From Lepidodermella squamata (lineage: Eukaryota > Animalia > Gastrotricha): a stretch of DNA of 64,000 bases. Location of the stretch: NCBI GenBank assembly GCA_047495785.1, contig JBLDXI010000023.1, forward strand, positions 1,302,001 to 1,366,000. Direction: 5' to 3'. Both the position numbers and the translations under genes were made by a program. Shown here in pieces: positions 1 to 10,098 of this stretch. The notes under the pieces are model-generated. The model ran no database searches. It saw only the letters and a list, made by a program, of their open reading frames with translations, and had not been told where the DNA came from. The first letter of the stretch is position 1, and each line of letters opens with the position of its first letter.

Positions 1-410
1 TATTTTTACTTCCGCATTTGTCGTCGTTTTTATTCTAATATTGTTTCCATATTTCACTTGGAATCGCGCGAGGTTAGCAATTTTTGTCGATGCATATTTT
101 CCGAAATGTTATCAAAAATTAACGAATTATTGTTCGCATCGCGAAATCGAAAAAGCGTATTCAAGTATTCAAATATTCAATGAATAAATTGGAACAGTAA
201 TATTTTGATTTATTCGATAAACTTCTGAAATTCCATGCACGGTTTCAAACGGGAAATATTTCCGATATTTCACGTGACACAGAAGAAGGAAATATTTATA
301 CCTGCCGCATAGAAAGCCGCAGATTTGCTGGAGAAAATCTATAAAAATCGAAAAATGCAGTTTCAAATAAGAAAGAAAAATCACAAGTCGTGAAAAACCA
401 TGAAAAACAC

Positions 411-799
411 GGGAATATCTTTTAGCGGAACCAAATTTACAGTGAGCGGAACCAAATTTGCTGTAGCGGAACCAAATATGCTGTAGCGGAACCAAATTTG
501 CTTTTTGCGGAACCAAACTCGAAATATGCCAAGAGTCATTTTTTGAATATTTCTAAGAATTTTAGGCTAAGCATGAATTCTGAATTGAACACTGCGTCTT
601 GTAGAGAATGTCGCGCTGAATTCACTGGAGAATTTTATAGAATTATTGGGGCCAATTTTGACATTCCATAAATTTCCGAAAAGCCATTTCACGCCACTAG
701 AAAATTCTAAATTTTGGTTCCGCTAACAGCAAATTTGGTTCCGCTACAGCAAATTTGGTTCCGCTCACTGTAAATTTGGTTCCGGTAACAGGAAGACCC
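411..799. mobile_element. Non-autonomous Mutator-like MITE
   Basis: GGG...CCC termini; arrays of GCGGAACCAAATTT at the left end (426-517) and its reverse complement at the right end (709-784); exact 9-bp TSD GAAAAACAC at 402-410 and 800-808. Confidence 0.85.
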
Positions 800-1417
800 G
801 AAAAACACGAGTCGGTGGCTATTTTAGGCTCCTCCAATGCCTAAGCCTATCTGAAGCCACCGTCGAATTTATCTGCAAAAGGCTGAATTCGTCTCAAATT
901 TCTGAAAAAATGAGCAAGCCTAAATAAGGCCAAATACGAGGTTGTGATTTTCTCTGTCATTTTCACCCGAATCTCAGAAAGCCTATCGAAGCCTAACTTG
1001 GAGGTTGCCGCGAGGCCAAGCAAAAAATGTCAACTTTGGAATAGCCTATCTGAGGCCAAGTTGGCGTTGAAAAAGAGGGCTGAGGCTAAAAACCCCAACT
1101 GAGTCTACGATTTTCCGACAGGGAAATTACACTGCGAAAATGGATCGCCCATCAGAGACATATGAGATATACTTATAACACATCAGTATGTAATATTCAA
1201 TCAAACAATGAGTAAAATATGAATTAAAACAGGATTGAGAAACGGTATCTGTATATCCTGTATATCGCCTAGCGTGGCCGCAAAGAAAGTCCATAATGAA
1301 AATGAAAGTGGACACGCTGAATCGAATGGCTTTTTCAAACTTTTCATAGCCATCATAGTTTCAAAGTTAAGATTTGCATCCACTCATTTAAGTGCAAGGA
1401 ATCACTTATTTCAAACG

Positions 1418-1500
1418 AGTAGATGGCTTAATGGTGCGAGAGGCTGGGTATGGAGCGTGAGAACGATGGTTCAACTCCCACAGCCTTCACAATTTTTTAG
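1418..1500 (+). pseudogene. tRNA-like Pol III cassette (SINE head or pseudo-tRNA)
   Basis: A-box-like TGGCTTAATGG, B-box GGTTCAACTCCC and downstream T-runs; the cloverleaf does not close properly. Confidence 0.4.
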
Positions 1501-1799
1501 TTTTTTAGGCTGAAATTATTTTACATTGGATTTAAGCGTTTCCGAACAAAGGCAAACAAATTTGCATAAAAAACAGCCGAACAAGTCAGTTCGATTTCAC
1601 CCCTTTGTACGGCGTTGTTCTGCATTGCAAACGCTGGTCTGGGGTTCTCCGCCAGCCAGCGCATGGTTGCCGGTTGCCGATGCTGTGCCTCGCCTCCAGC
1701 CGTTCAAGGCTTCTGAGTTGGATCATGTGGATATCTACGTCACATGGGTTGGATGGCATCAATCCCATCTTCTACAAGTGGGGAGGGTCGGTGCTGCAA

Positions 1800-2580
1800 C
1801 ACATGTTCAATCAAGGCTCGGATCGCGTTTGGTGCTGCCCAATCGAAAGCTGGCCCGTCACAGCTGCTGTGCTGCTGCTCCTGCTGCTGCCCGTCGACGT
1901 CAAGCTGTTGAAGACCACCATGGCGCGCTGGCTGGGAGAGTTTTTGAAGAGCCACTACGCGCTACCTGACGACCAATACGCATTTCGCGCTCACCACTCT
2001 GCACCCGATGTTCCTCTACGCGTCGCTCAAACAGTTCACATTGGCCGTTCTCGGATCCGCAAGGTTATCGTTGTTGGCATGGACGTCCAGAGCGACTCGG
2101 TCTGGAGTGAGGGCCTGGCGTTCAAGCCGGCTGAGCTGCCGCTACCTCGCAACCTTGTTGGGTGGCTCACGGACTTCTTGCGAGATGGCAACCAACAAGC
2201 GCGAATTGCGGGCTTCCTCAGCCGGCAAGTAGCCGTCAACTGCAACGAAAAGCAGGGCTCACCACTGTCCGTGCTGCGTCTACACTTCTCAAATCTGCTG
2301 ACAGCGCGAATGTCCCCGGATGCCTATGCTGATGACCTGACCGTTGTTGGTGAGGGTGATTTTCCCGAAGCTGAGCGTGCTACTCAGATCGAGATCGCGC
2401 GGAATCGAACGTTGACCCCCGCGATTGGCGACAACAGCCTCAAAGAGTGAGACGAAGCCGTTTGCGAGGCACAGCTACACCCCCAGACTCACTCTCGATG
2501 GCTCGGCCGTCAAGGAAGTATCCGTCATTCTCATTCTTAGTGTCCACCTCGATGCTAAGCTTACCTGGAAGGCCCATATT
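1800..2580 (+). mobile_element. Degenerate non-LTR retrotransposon reverse transcriptase fragment
   Basis: RT motifs QYAFRAHHS, MDV..DSVWSEGL, QGSPLS and YADDL, then a frameshifted VHLDAKLTWK. Confidence 0.85.
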
Positions 2581-2863
2581 TGTGCATGATTACTCGCTGT
2601 GCTCGCATACTGTCACACTTTCTCAGTGTTTGTTGAGCCTCTGGCCTCTCTTTTGAACAGGTGATTTTTCAGCTTTCAAAAAACTACCGTGCCTAATACT
2701 GCAGCAGAGGTTGTTCGAAAAACCAGCGTCGCAAACATTAGTGAATTTTGAGACTCTTGAAAAAGTAGCCTGATCGAAACTGCCGGAATACTGGAAAACT
2801 AGCACAAAAACTGGTGCATAGGTAGCTTCCGATGAGTTATTGTCCGACACCGGATGTTTAAAG

Positions 2864-2985
2864 GTGAACTGAGTGTTTTAGATTCCGCAACAATAGATGC
2901 CGATGGTAAACCGAACAAACAGCTTTATCCGCCACCCGCCACATGCCACATGCGTTGACATGCGAAAATCATTTATCACAAGTAT
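2864..2985 (+). promoter_or_regulatory. Conserved non-coding block upstream of DLH gene 1
   Basis: Aligns with 5103-5220 (GTGAACTGA...GATTCCGC...TGCCGATGGTAA...GCGTTGACA.GCGAAAATC...CATTTA.CACAAGT), which lies upstream of the paralog. Confidence 0.45.
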
Positions 2986-3384
2986 TGAGCATCCGTAGCT
3001 ACACGCGAAAATCTCTGTAGCTTATGATCTCTTATCATTTTTGATCTCTGATCGCTGCTACACCGTAGCTCACAGCAGCGCTTCAAGACGGGAGAACTGC
3101 ATTAAAATTAATACGGTATACGGTAGACGAGGCAACATCGAACATTATCGAAGCATTATCGACAAGGCGCAAGGCTGATAGCTGCGACAAACGAACTACT
3201 GCAAATCCTCTCAGCTATCAGCTGAGGACTCACCTGTCGTTACTGTCGCCCACCGGCGACTGTCGTTCGAGTACTTACTTCTAGTTCAAGCCATCGGTTC
3301 AATCAATAAACGTGAGATGCATGTTGCGCTAAGGGGACCTTCAACAAAATGGAACTGCCTTCTCACTTCCTAAAAGGCGCCCAT

Positions 3385-3530
3385 CAGAGAGCGAAGTAGG
3401 ACAGCATAACTGGTTAGGATAAGGAAAATCGACATAGGGTCACCCCTTGGTCTTTGACTGAGTTCACCTTGCGGACTGATTGAACTGGTACGAATGATCC
3501 CTACCATCCTAAGCGGTACCTCGCTCTTTG
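3385..3530. mobile_element. ~140-bp MITE with 8-bp TSD (P/hAT-like)
   Basis: TIR CAGAGAGCGAAGTA / TACCTCGCTCTTTG; flanks GCGCCCAT / GTGCCCAT; second copy in inverted orientation at 19255-19391. Confidence 0.8.
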
Positions 3531-3874
3531 GTGCCCATTTTCAAACTCCCTGCAATGATTTTTGCTACAATATCATCTTGGTGCCCTCGACGCTACCCTG
3601 AACTGCATTATATTTCTTCATTTTATCTAATCATGAAAACTCATGGCCAAGAACTTTTTATCTTCTGTAAAACTAGTTCCCTTTACCTCATTGAATGTGA
3701 TTAAATACTGTTTGCTCGCCAGTTACGGTGCTACTTCTGCATCAGAATCCACGATGGTTCGACAAAACGGGCTAACATGTTCATAGGTTCCATCGCACTG
3801 AGGAACAAATAAATTCCCTAATCCATCGCTTTCGAATCTCAAAGACATCTTTTTCACTCTCTTAGGTGATATTA

Positions 3875-4693
3875 ATGGCTTCTGACGCAACTTCTGCCAC
3901 ATGCTGCCCGGCGAACAGCCACGGCTACTTGGCGTCCAGCAATACCGAAAACGCCGGATCAGTAGTCAATGCAAGTGAAACTTTCTCGTTTTACGAAACT
4001 GGTAGTAGCAGCTCATCAAAGGCTGTCATTATCGCCCCTGATGTTTTTGGATGGAACGGCGGCCGAACGAGGCAGATTGCGGACTACTTCGCCTCAAAAG
4101 GGTTCTACGTCGTGGTGCCCAAACTGTTGCAACCACCGTTTGAAGGCGGGACAGATGGCGATGGTCTACCTCCGAATTTTTCATTCAGTACTAGGTTTGC
4201 TGAAGTCAAGAGTTACTTGAGAGAACTAACCTGGGAGAGCACCGTCAAACCTCGCATTGAACAGGCAATCGCTAGAATCAAATCTTTCGGTATCACGAAA
4301 ATTACCATGCTTGGATTCTGCTGGGGCGGTTGGGTTGTAACGAAAGCTGCCATAGATTTTGCACCAGATTTAACTTGTGTGGCTTCGGCACATCCTTCCT
4401 TGAATGCAGAACAGAATTTCAATCGAACTGCGGAGGACGTGATTAGCAAGGTAAAGATTCCATCGCTGTGGTTGCCAGCTTCAAATGACCCAACAGAACT
4501 ATTGGAGGACGGGGCGTGGTTCAAATTACTGATACAGAGCAGTCCGGCGTCTAAGGTAATTCCGTTCCCGCGAATGCAACACGGATGGGTTCCGAGGGGT
4601 GATATCACCAACGCAGCTATTAAAGAGGACGTTGAAAAAGCTATAAACGCCGTCACAGATTTCTTCAACGAATGCATTGATAGCAAAAAGTGA
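3875..4693 (+). CDS. Dienelactone hydrolase family protein, paralog 1 (intronless CDS)
   Basis: DVFGW, nucleophile elbow GFCWGG, catalytic QHGW; ATG at 3875 follows a TCTTAG acceptor-like site. Confidence 0.92.
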   Translation: MASDATSATCCPANSHGYLASSNTENAGSVVNASETFSFYETGSSSSSKAVIIAPDVFGWNGGRTRQIADYFASKGFYVVVPKLLQPPFEGGTDGDGLPPNFSFSTRFAEVKSYLRELTWESTVKPRIEQAIARIKSFGITKITMLGFCWGGWVVTKAAIDFAPDLTCVASAHPSLNAEQNFNRTAEDVISKVKIPSLWLPASNDPTELLEDGAWFKLLIQSSPASKVIPFPRMQHGWVPRGDITNAAIKEDVEKAINAVTDFFNECIDSKK

Positions 4694-5102
4694 TATGTAC
4701 TACTGGTTAGAATAAACAATCATTAATCATCATAACTACCGCTACTAAATAAATACAAAATCGTTGCCTGCGTTTGCAAAGCTGTTTTTGTAGGCCCTAG
4801 AGTAGGCTGTTTTTGTAATTAATTTTGAATACTAATTTTGTGTTAAATGCGATTTATTTGTGAGGGTGAGAAGGGTGAGAATCTAAGCTCCGAAATAAAA
4901 GAGTTCCAATTGACATTTGGGAAACATATCCAACAATCGCCAAGAAATTTAGAAGAAATACATCATGAGGCGATCAGGGAGTAGCCCTGTTTAAAGTGAT
5001 CAACTTATCACGAAACATCGAACACGACTGCGACACCACCGACACCGGCCGCCGGTCGTTTAAGGGTAACCGAAAGTCGAATTTTGTGGCAGGTGACCTG
5101 GT

Positions 5103-5220
5103 CGTGAACTGAATCTTTTCGATTCCGCGAAAATAATTGCCGATGGTAAGTACACCGCGCAGACAACTTAATCTGCCCCCAGCGTTGACAAGCGAAAATC
5201 TCAGTCATTTACCACAAGTC
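5103..5220 (+). promoter_or_regulatory. Conserved non-coding block upstream of DLH gene 2
   Basis: Homologous to 2864-2985. Confidence 0.45.
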
Positions 5221-6428
5221 CTTCTCGCTTTTCATTGCTTCCCATAAGAGTGCCAACCTTGAAAGCGAAAATGAACTCATAAGAGTCGAACGATCCATGC
5301 GACTTTTACAAAAGGGAAGAAGGAAGAATCCCGTCAGAACTGAGTGGGGCCACAGTGTATTCAAGGTAATTAAGGAATTTCTTCTTTCAAGAACGAATTA
5401 TGATTTTTCCATGGCTAACAGTTTACAGATTCAGACTACGTTATACTTTATACGTCTGGTGTGAACAACGCCATTGCTTGGTCCTATCTTGCTTGTACCT
5501 ATCTTTAATCGAAATGACAGTTAAAACTCCCTCGGGCGGGTAGAATTGGCGGGAGCTGACCCTTGCGAAGCAGAATGAAATTTGCGTTCATCTTTTTCAA
5601 GGGTCTGTGAATGAATACTCATCATATGCGCGTTTCGATAAAATGGATAACTAAATGTGTAAAAAATAATGTTTCAACTAGTAGTACAATACGATGTGTA
5701 CTAACCTATGCCAATGATAGTGTGGAGTGTGTAAGTACACGTCATTTCATTTCATGTGGCTAAGGATTTTACTCAATGCATTATTTTACATGCTGCAGCT
5801 TTAATCACAGTCACCCAATCGTCTTGCGCCATGAGATCAATTTGGCTCCACCCGGCGCTGGACCGCATTATACTTCTTCAGATAGGTTATCTTATCAGAA
5901 AAACCCTTAGCAATGACTTGTTTATCTTTGAAAAACCATATTCCCTATCACATTAAATGGTTTCAAAGCATAGGTATTTACTTGCCGGTTACTGTGCTGA
6001 TATTGCTACTTTGCTTCATAAGACAATAACATCTATAGTTCCAACAGGACTTGGAGGTTTACAGTTAACAGCCATTTGGAATAAGAAATCAGAATCCCCC
6101 GGAGATTCCATAAAATTACAGTTGAAACGTTCATGTTTTAAGCATTTTTTCCATTTAATCTAAACAAGTGTTGACCTGGAGTTTGTATTGGGATGTTGTA
6201 TTGGGTTTGTATTTTGTATTTTCTCCTGAAACGCATTCTTTTTTATCCTACTGTGAATGTTCACTTCCACCTGGTCCCTGGGGTCAAAAAACTTAACTTC
6301 TTTTATCCAAGTAGACTCGATAAATGCAACCAAGCTTTGAGTGGATGGATGGGAAATATCAACCAGGCATCGCTATTAGATCGCTTTCAGTCTCAAATAA
6401 TCGTTTTCGCTCTATTAGATCGTATTAA

Positions 6429-7244
6429 ATGACCACCGAAGTAACTTCAGCCAACTGCTGCCCGCCGAACAGCCACGGCTACTTGGCGTCCAGCAACGTC
6501 GAAAACGCCGGATCAGTTGTCAATGCAAGTGAAACTTTCTCGTTTTACGAAACTGGTAGTAGCAGCTCATCAAAGGCTGTCATTATCGCCTCAGATGTTT
6601 TCGGCTGGAACAACAACCGGACGAGGCAGATTGCGGACCACTTCGCCGCGAAAGGGTTCTACGTCATGGTGCCTAAACTGTTGCAACCACCATTTGAAGG
6701 CGGGACAGATGGCGACGGTCTACCGCCGGATTTCTCATTTAGTAGAGTTGCTGAATTCAAGAGTTACCTAACGGGCATACCCTGGGAGGGTAGCGTCAAA
6801 CCTCGCATTGAACATGCAATCGCTAGAATAAAATCTTTCGGTATCACGAAGGTTACTATGCTCGGGTTCTGCTGGGGCGGTTGGGTTGTGACAAAAGCTG
6901 CTTTTGACTTTGCAGCCGATGTAGCGTGCGTGGCTACGGCCCATCCTTCCTTCCATCCCGAGCTGAATTTCAATCGAACTGTGGAGGACATGATTAGCAA
7001 GGTGAAGATTCCATCGCTGTGGTTGCCAGCTTCAAATGACCCAACAGAACTATTGGAGGACGGGGCGTGGTTCAAATTACTGATACAGAGCAGCCCGGCG
7101 TCTAAGGTAATTCCGTTCCCGCGAATGCAACACGGCTGGGTTCCAAGGGGAGATCTTACGAATCCAGCTATCAAAGAGGACGTTGAAAAAGCTATAAACG
7201 CTGTCACAGATTTCTTTAACGAATGCTTTGACATTAAGCAATGA
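6429..7244 (+). CDS. Dienelactone hydrolase family protein, paralog 2
   Basis: Same motifs (GFCWGG, QHGW); close paralog of 3875-4693; AATAAA downstream. Confidence 0.92.
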   Translation: MTTEVTSANCCPPNSHGYLASSNVENAGSVVNASETFSFYETGSSSSSKAVIIASDVFGWNNNRTRQIADHFAAKGFYVMVPKLLQPPFEGGTDGDGLPPDFSFSRVAEFKSYLTGIPWEGSVKPRIEHAIARIKSFGITKVTMLGFCWGGWVVTKAAFDFAADVACVATAHPSFHPELNFNRTVEDMISKVKIPSLWLPASNDPTELLEDGAWFKLLIQSSPASKVIPFPRMQHGWVPRGDLTNPAIKEDVEKAINAVTDFFNECFDIKQ

Positions 7245-7789
7245 TGTGTATTCACTTGTGATTTGAATAAACAATCATTCCACTTTTTGTGCCTTTATTC
7301 TTTAACTTTAGTACTCAAACACAGGGTAAAAGCTAGTGTCTGAAGGACTACGATCTGGAGAGATCGTTCATAGAGAAAAACAATAACAATTTATTAAATT
7401 GATGAATTACTATAGGTAGATAGGTATTCCGTCAATTTTGGGGTTTCGAAATTCACATCCATTGCGGCGTTTAATGGCGAGCCCTGCGGTCTTAGATTAG
7501 ATCACGCTGAAAGACTTATTTTATTTAGTTTAGCGATCCATTGATCTCTCGACGCTCGACAATTTGTCATGAATTTGAAAATGAAAATGATTTTATTGTT
7601 TCACTTCCCCGCGACTATACCCTTTCGGGTGTTGAGGAAGGCGAAGGCAAAGCAAACCAAAAGAATCAGTCACCCGCCCCCACGTCCGAGAGTATATTGC
7701 TTTTGTTGTAAAATTCAAAATCTTCCAAAGTCTCGACAACTTTACGCCATTCGTCTCGATCTAGTGCAGTTGTTTGTCAATGTCCAGTC

Positions 7790-8085
7790 AACATTTATTT
7801 CGATAATTTCGGTTATGTTGCTACCATCTTTACGAGGTCTGCCACGGGACCCGTCGGTTTTTTCCTTATTTTATTCTCGGTTGTAAGTTGTAAGCCCCAC
7901 TCTTCTTAGACTTCTTTCTACCGAGTCGAGCCACCTAGTTTGAGGTCTTCCCACAGGTCTCTGCCATTCCTTAGGCTAAGACTGGCCCCGGTGGTATCGG
8001 GTCACCTTTATCATCGACATACGTATCCATCCTTGTTACATGTGTCCTAGGTAATCAAGGCGTTGTTTTTCAATTAATCAACCGA
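7790..8085 (-). mobile_element. RTE-type LINE 3' fragment
   Basis: Minus strand reads, with frameshifts, QRLDYLGH..RMD...EWQRPVGRPQTRWLDSV, the typical C-terminus of RTE-clade ORF2. Confidence 0.7.
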
Positions 8086-8378
8086 CTTCAATTATTCCAG
8101 CACACATTGATTGATGAATTATACAGGAAAAATTCAAATTTCCGCATTTTTTGGTAGAAGGTAGAAAGTTAAAACCTAAGATAGGGTAAACTGTTTTAGC
8201 ACTTCTAAATTTTAGATAAGATAAAGCTTTGCTAAATCAATACATTACCGCGCCTGTGGTGAATTAGAGATAACGTATAGGTGTTTGCAAAGTGGTTTTG
8301 ACAAGTTGAGTTAAGAAGTTATTGTTTTATCAACAGACTTAGCTGTGGACCAACGCTGACCTCGTCATTTGCAGTGAA

Positions 8379-9371
8379 ATGGCACAAAGAACGAGTGATT
8401 CCGTTATACCAAGGCGCCCACTCCCTGAAGGATCACCATTGATTGAACTTCGAGCGCAGAAAGATTCCGATGAGTTATATGATAACCCTGAGGACCCACC
8501 GGTTCCAGAATGGTACAACGCAGAGCTGTACCAACGAGGTCGTCAAGTTTGGAGAAAAAACATGTTCTCTGAATCAATCAGCCTCGTCAACGCTTTGGTC
8601 ATGTTATTTTCCGTTGAATCACTAGTCCGGCCACTTCTTTTTACCGGAAGAAGCTCAGGGGCGAAAAACTCACGTCGCCGCTATGTCGAAACAGGCATCC
8701 ACCTCTACAAATGGCACATGATGTTGGATCCGTTTTCCGCTGATGAAAATGAAGGCCTCAATTCGTTACGCAAGGTCAGGAGACTTCATGCATATATTCG
8801 GAAGCTTATGCAAAATAGGGGCCAATCTAGCTTTGGCCAGTACGAGATGAGTATTACTCAAAGTTTCTTCATAATGCCAACCATTCTTCACGCTAAAGAG
8901 TGGGGATGTAACCCTTCTGAAGCTGACCTTGAAGGATTCTTGCACATGTGGGCAGTTTTTGGCTACATACTCGGAATTCCTGATGTATTCAACCTCTGTC
9001 TAGGTGGAATCGATCGTTGTAAAAAGCTTTGCATGGCCATCGAAAAGGAGGAAATAGTCCCCGGCATCCGTGATGATGAATCCCATTTTCGATCACTTGC
9101 AAATGATTTCGTCGAAGGTATGCGATCTGTCTGGCTTCCATTCCGCTTGCTGACGACTAATGGCCTTCTAGCTTTCATATGCCCATCCTTGGGTATGTCT
9201 GTGGAAGAAGTTGGAAGTCTCACTCTGGGCGATCGAATTTTGTGTTGGGTCTTGAAGGGTCAGTTCTGGCTCATCTATCATTTTTCAGCCTACAGAGCGC
9301 TCTGGAATTCGCTTTCCGAGAGACTGGTTATATTCCTCAGCAATCAGCTGGCCGCTAACAAATTTGACTGA
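8379..9371 (+). CDS. mpaB/rubber-oxygenase-like (DUF2236) ER-bound oxygenase family protein, paralog 1
   Basis: RRYVETG.H, SLRKVRRLH, QYEMSITQ..F and FLHMWAVFGYILGIPD.FNLC motifs; intronless, 330 aa. Confidence 0.85.
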   Translation: MAQRTSDSVIPRRPLPEGSPLIELRAQKDSDELYDNPEDPPVPEWYNAELYQRGRQVWRKNMFSESISLVNALVMLFSVESLVRPLLFTGRSSGAKNSRRRYVETGIHLYKWHMMLDPFSADENEGLNSLRKVRRLHAYIRKLMQNRGQSSFGQYEMSITQSFFIMPTILHAKEWGCNPSEADLEGFLHMWAVFGYILGIPDVFNLCLGGIDRCKKLCMAIEKEEIVPGIRDDESHFRSLANDFVEGMRSVWLPFRLLTTNGLLAFICPSLGMSVEEVGSLTLGDRILCWVLKGQFWLIYHFSAYRALWNSLSERLVIFLSNQLAANKFD

Positions 9372-9547
9372 CCAATTTAAATTCAATATATATTTGAAGA
9401 AAACTGAGAAATGAAACCATATGATATCTCTACGCCCATAGCAATAGTGTGAACTCAATTCCAGGATGGGCAGTAAAACCCAAACTACTTTATTCTATGG
9501 GCATTATTTGAATGGCTGTGTTAGTTTTAATCTGGTCTTGCTTTTAT

Positions 9548-9845
9548 CTAAACCAAACTTTATTGTAGCCAAACCAAATTCGCCTGTTAGCGGAACCAAA
9601 TTTTGGAATTGGAATTTTCAATAGGCCCAAAACCAATTTTCGAAACCTTCAAGGGTGTCATGATTGATCGGTATAATTTAAAGAAAATCATCTTCAAATT
9701 CAGCGTGAAATTCTGAATAAGACGTATTCTTCATAATAAAATTCATAAATTGCCTCTATTTCGTAAAAAAAATTAGAAAATTGACCCTTGGCCTATCTTA
9801 AAATTAGGATCCGCAGTACGCAAATTTGGTTCCGCTGAGAGATAT
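9548..9845. mobile_element. Degenerate copy of the 411-799 MITE family
   Basis: GCGGAACCAAATTT at ~9590 and CAAATTTGGTTCCGCT at ~9821; internal sequence resembles the reverse complement of 520-700. Confidence 0.6.
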
Positions 9846-10098
9846 TGTGGTTTTTATCAGAGAAAATTTCAGTTAGCAATTAAGGCAGCTTCCTAGTGGC
9901 CAGTTTTTTTAAGGCAAGAATCAGGTTCGAAGTGAAAGATAAAGGATAGTGGTCGAAAGTGAAGAGAATCAATTTGTGTTATATCAATAGACTTTCAAAC
10001 CGATTGAAACGTTAGAATTTCGAAGCCGAAACTGAGACAACAGGTTGAAAAAGTTGATCACAAGAATGTTTAGATCAGAATCAGATCCAAACTACAAT

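Noticed and set aside
421-520. ~20-bp periodic repeats and the ORF 169-516 (FGSA repeats)
   Set aside because: These are MITE subterminal repeats; the ORF is an incidental translation.
4213-7255. Conserved antisense and alternative-frame ORFs in both DLH copies (also in the mpaB and homeobox pairs)
   Set aside because: Shadow ORFs; their conservation is explained by the sense-strand paralogy.
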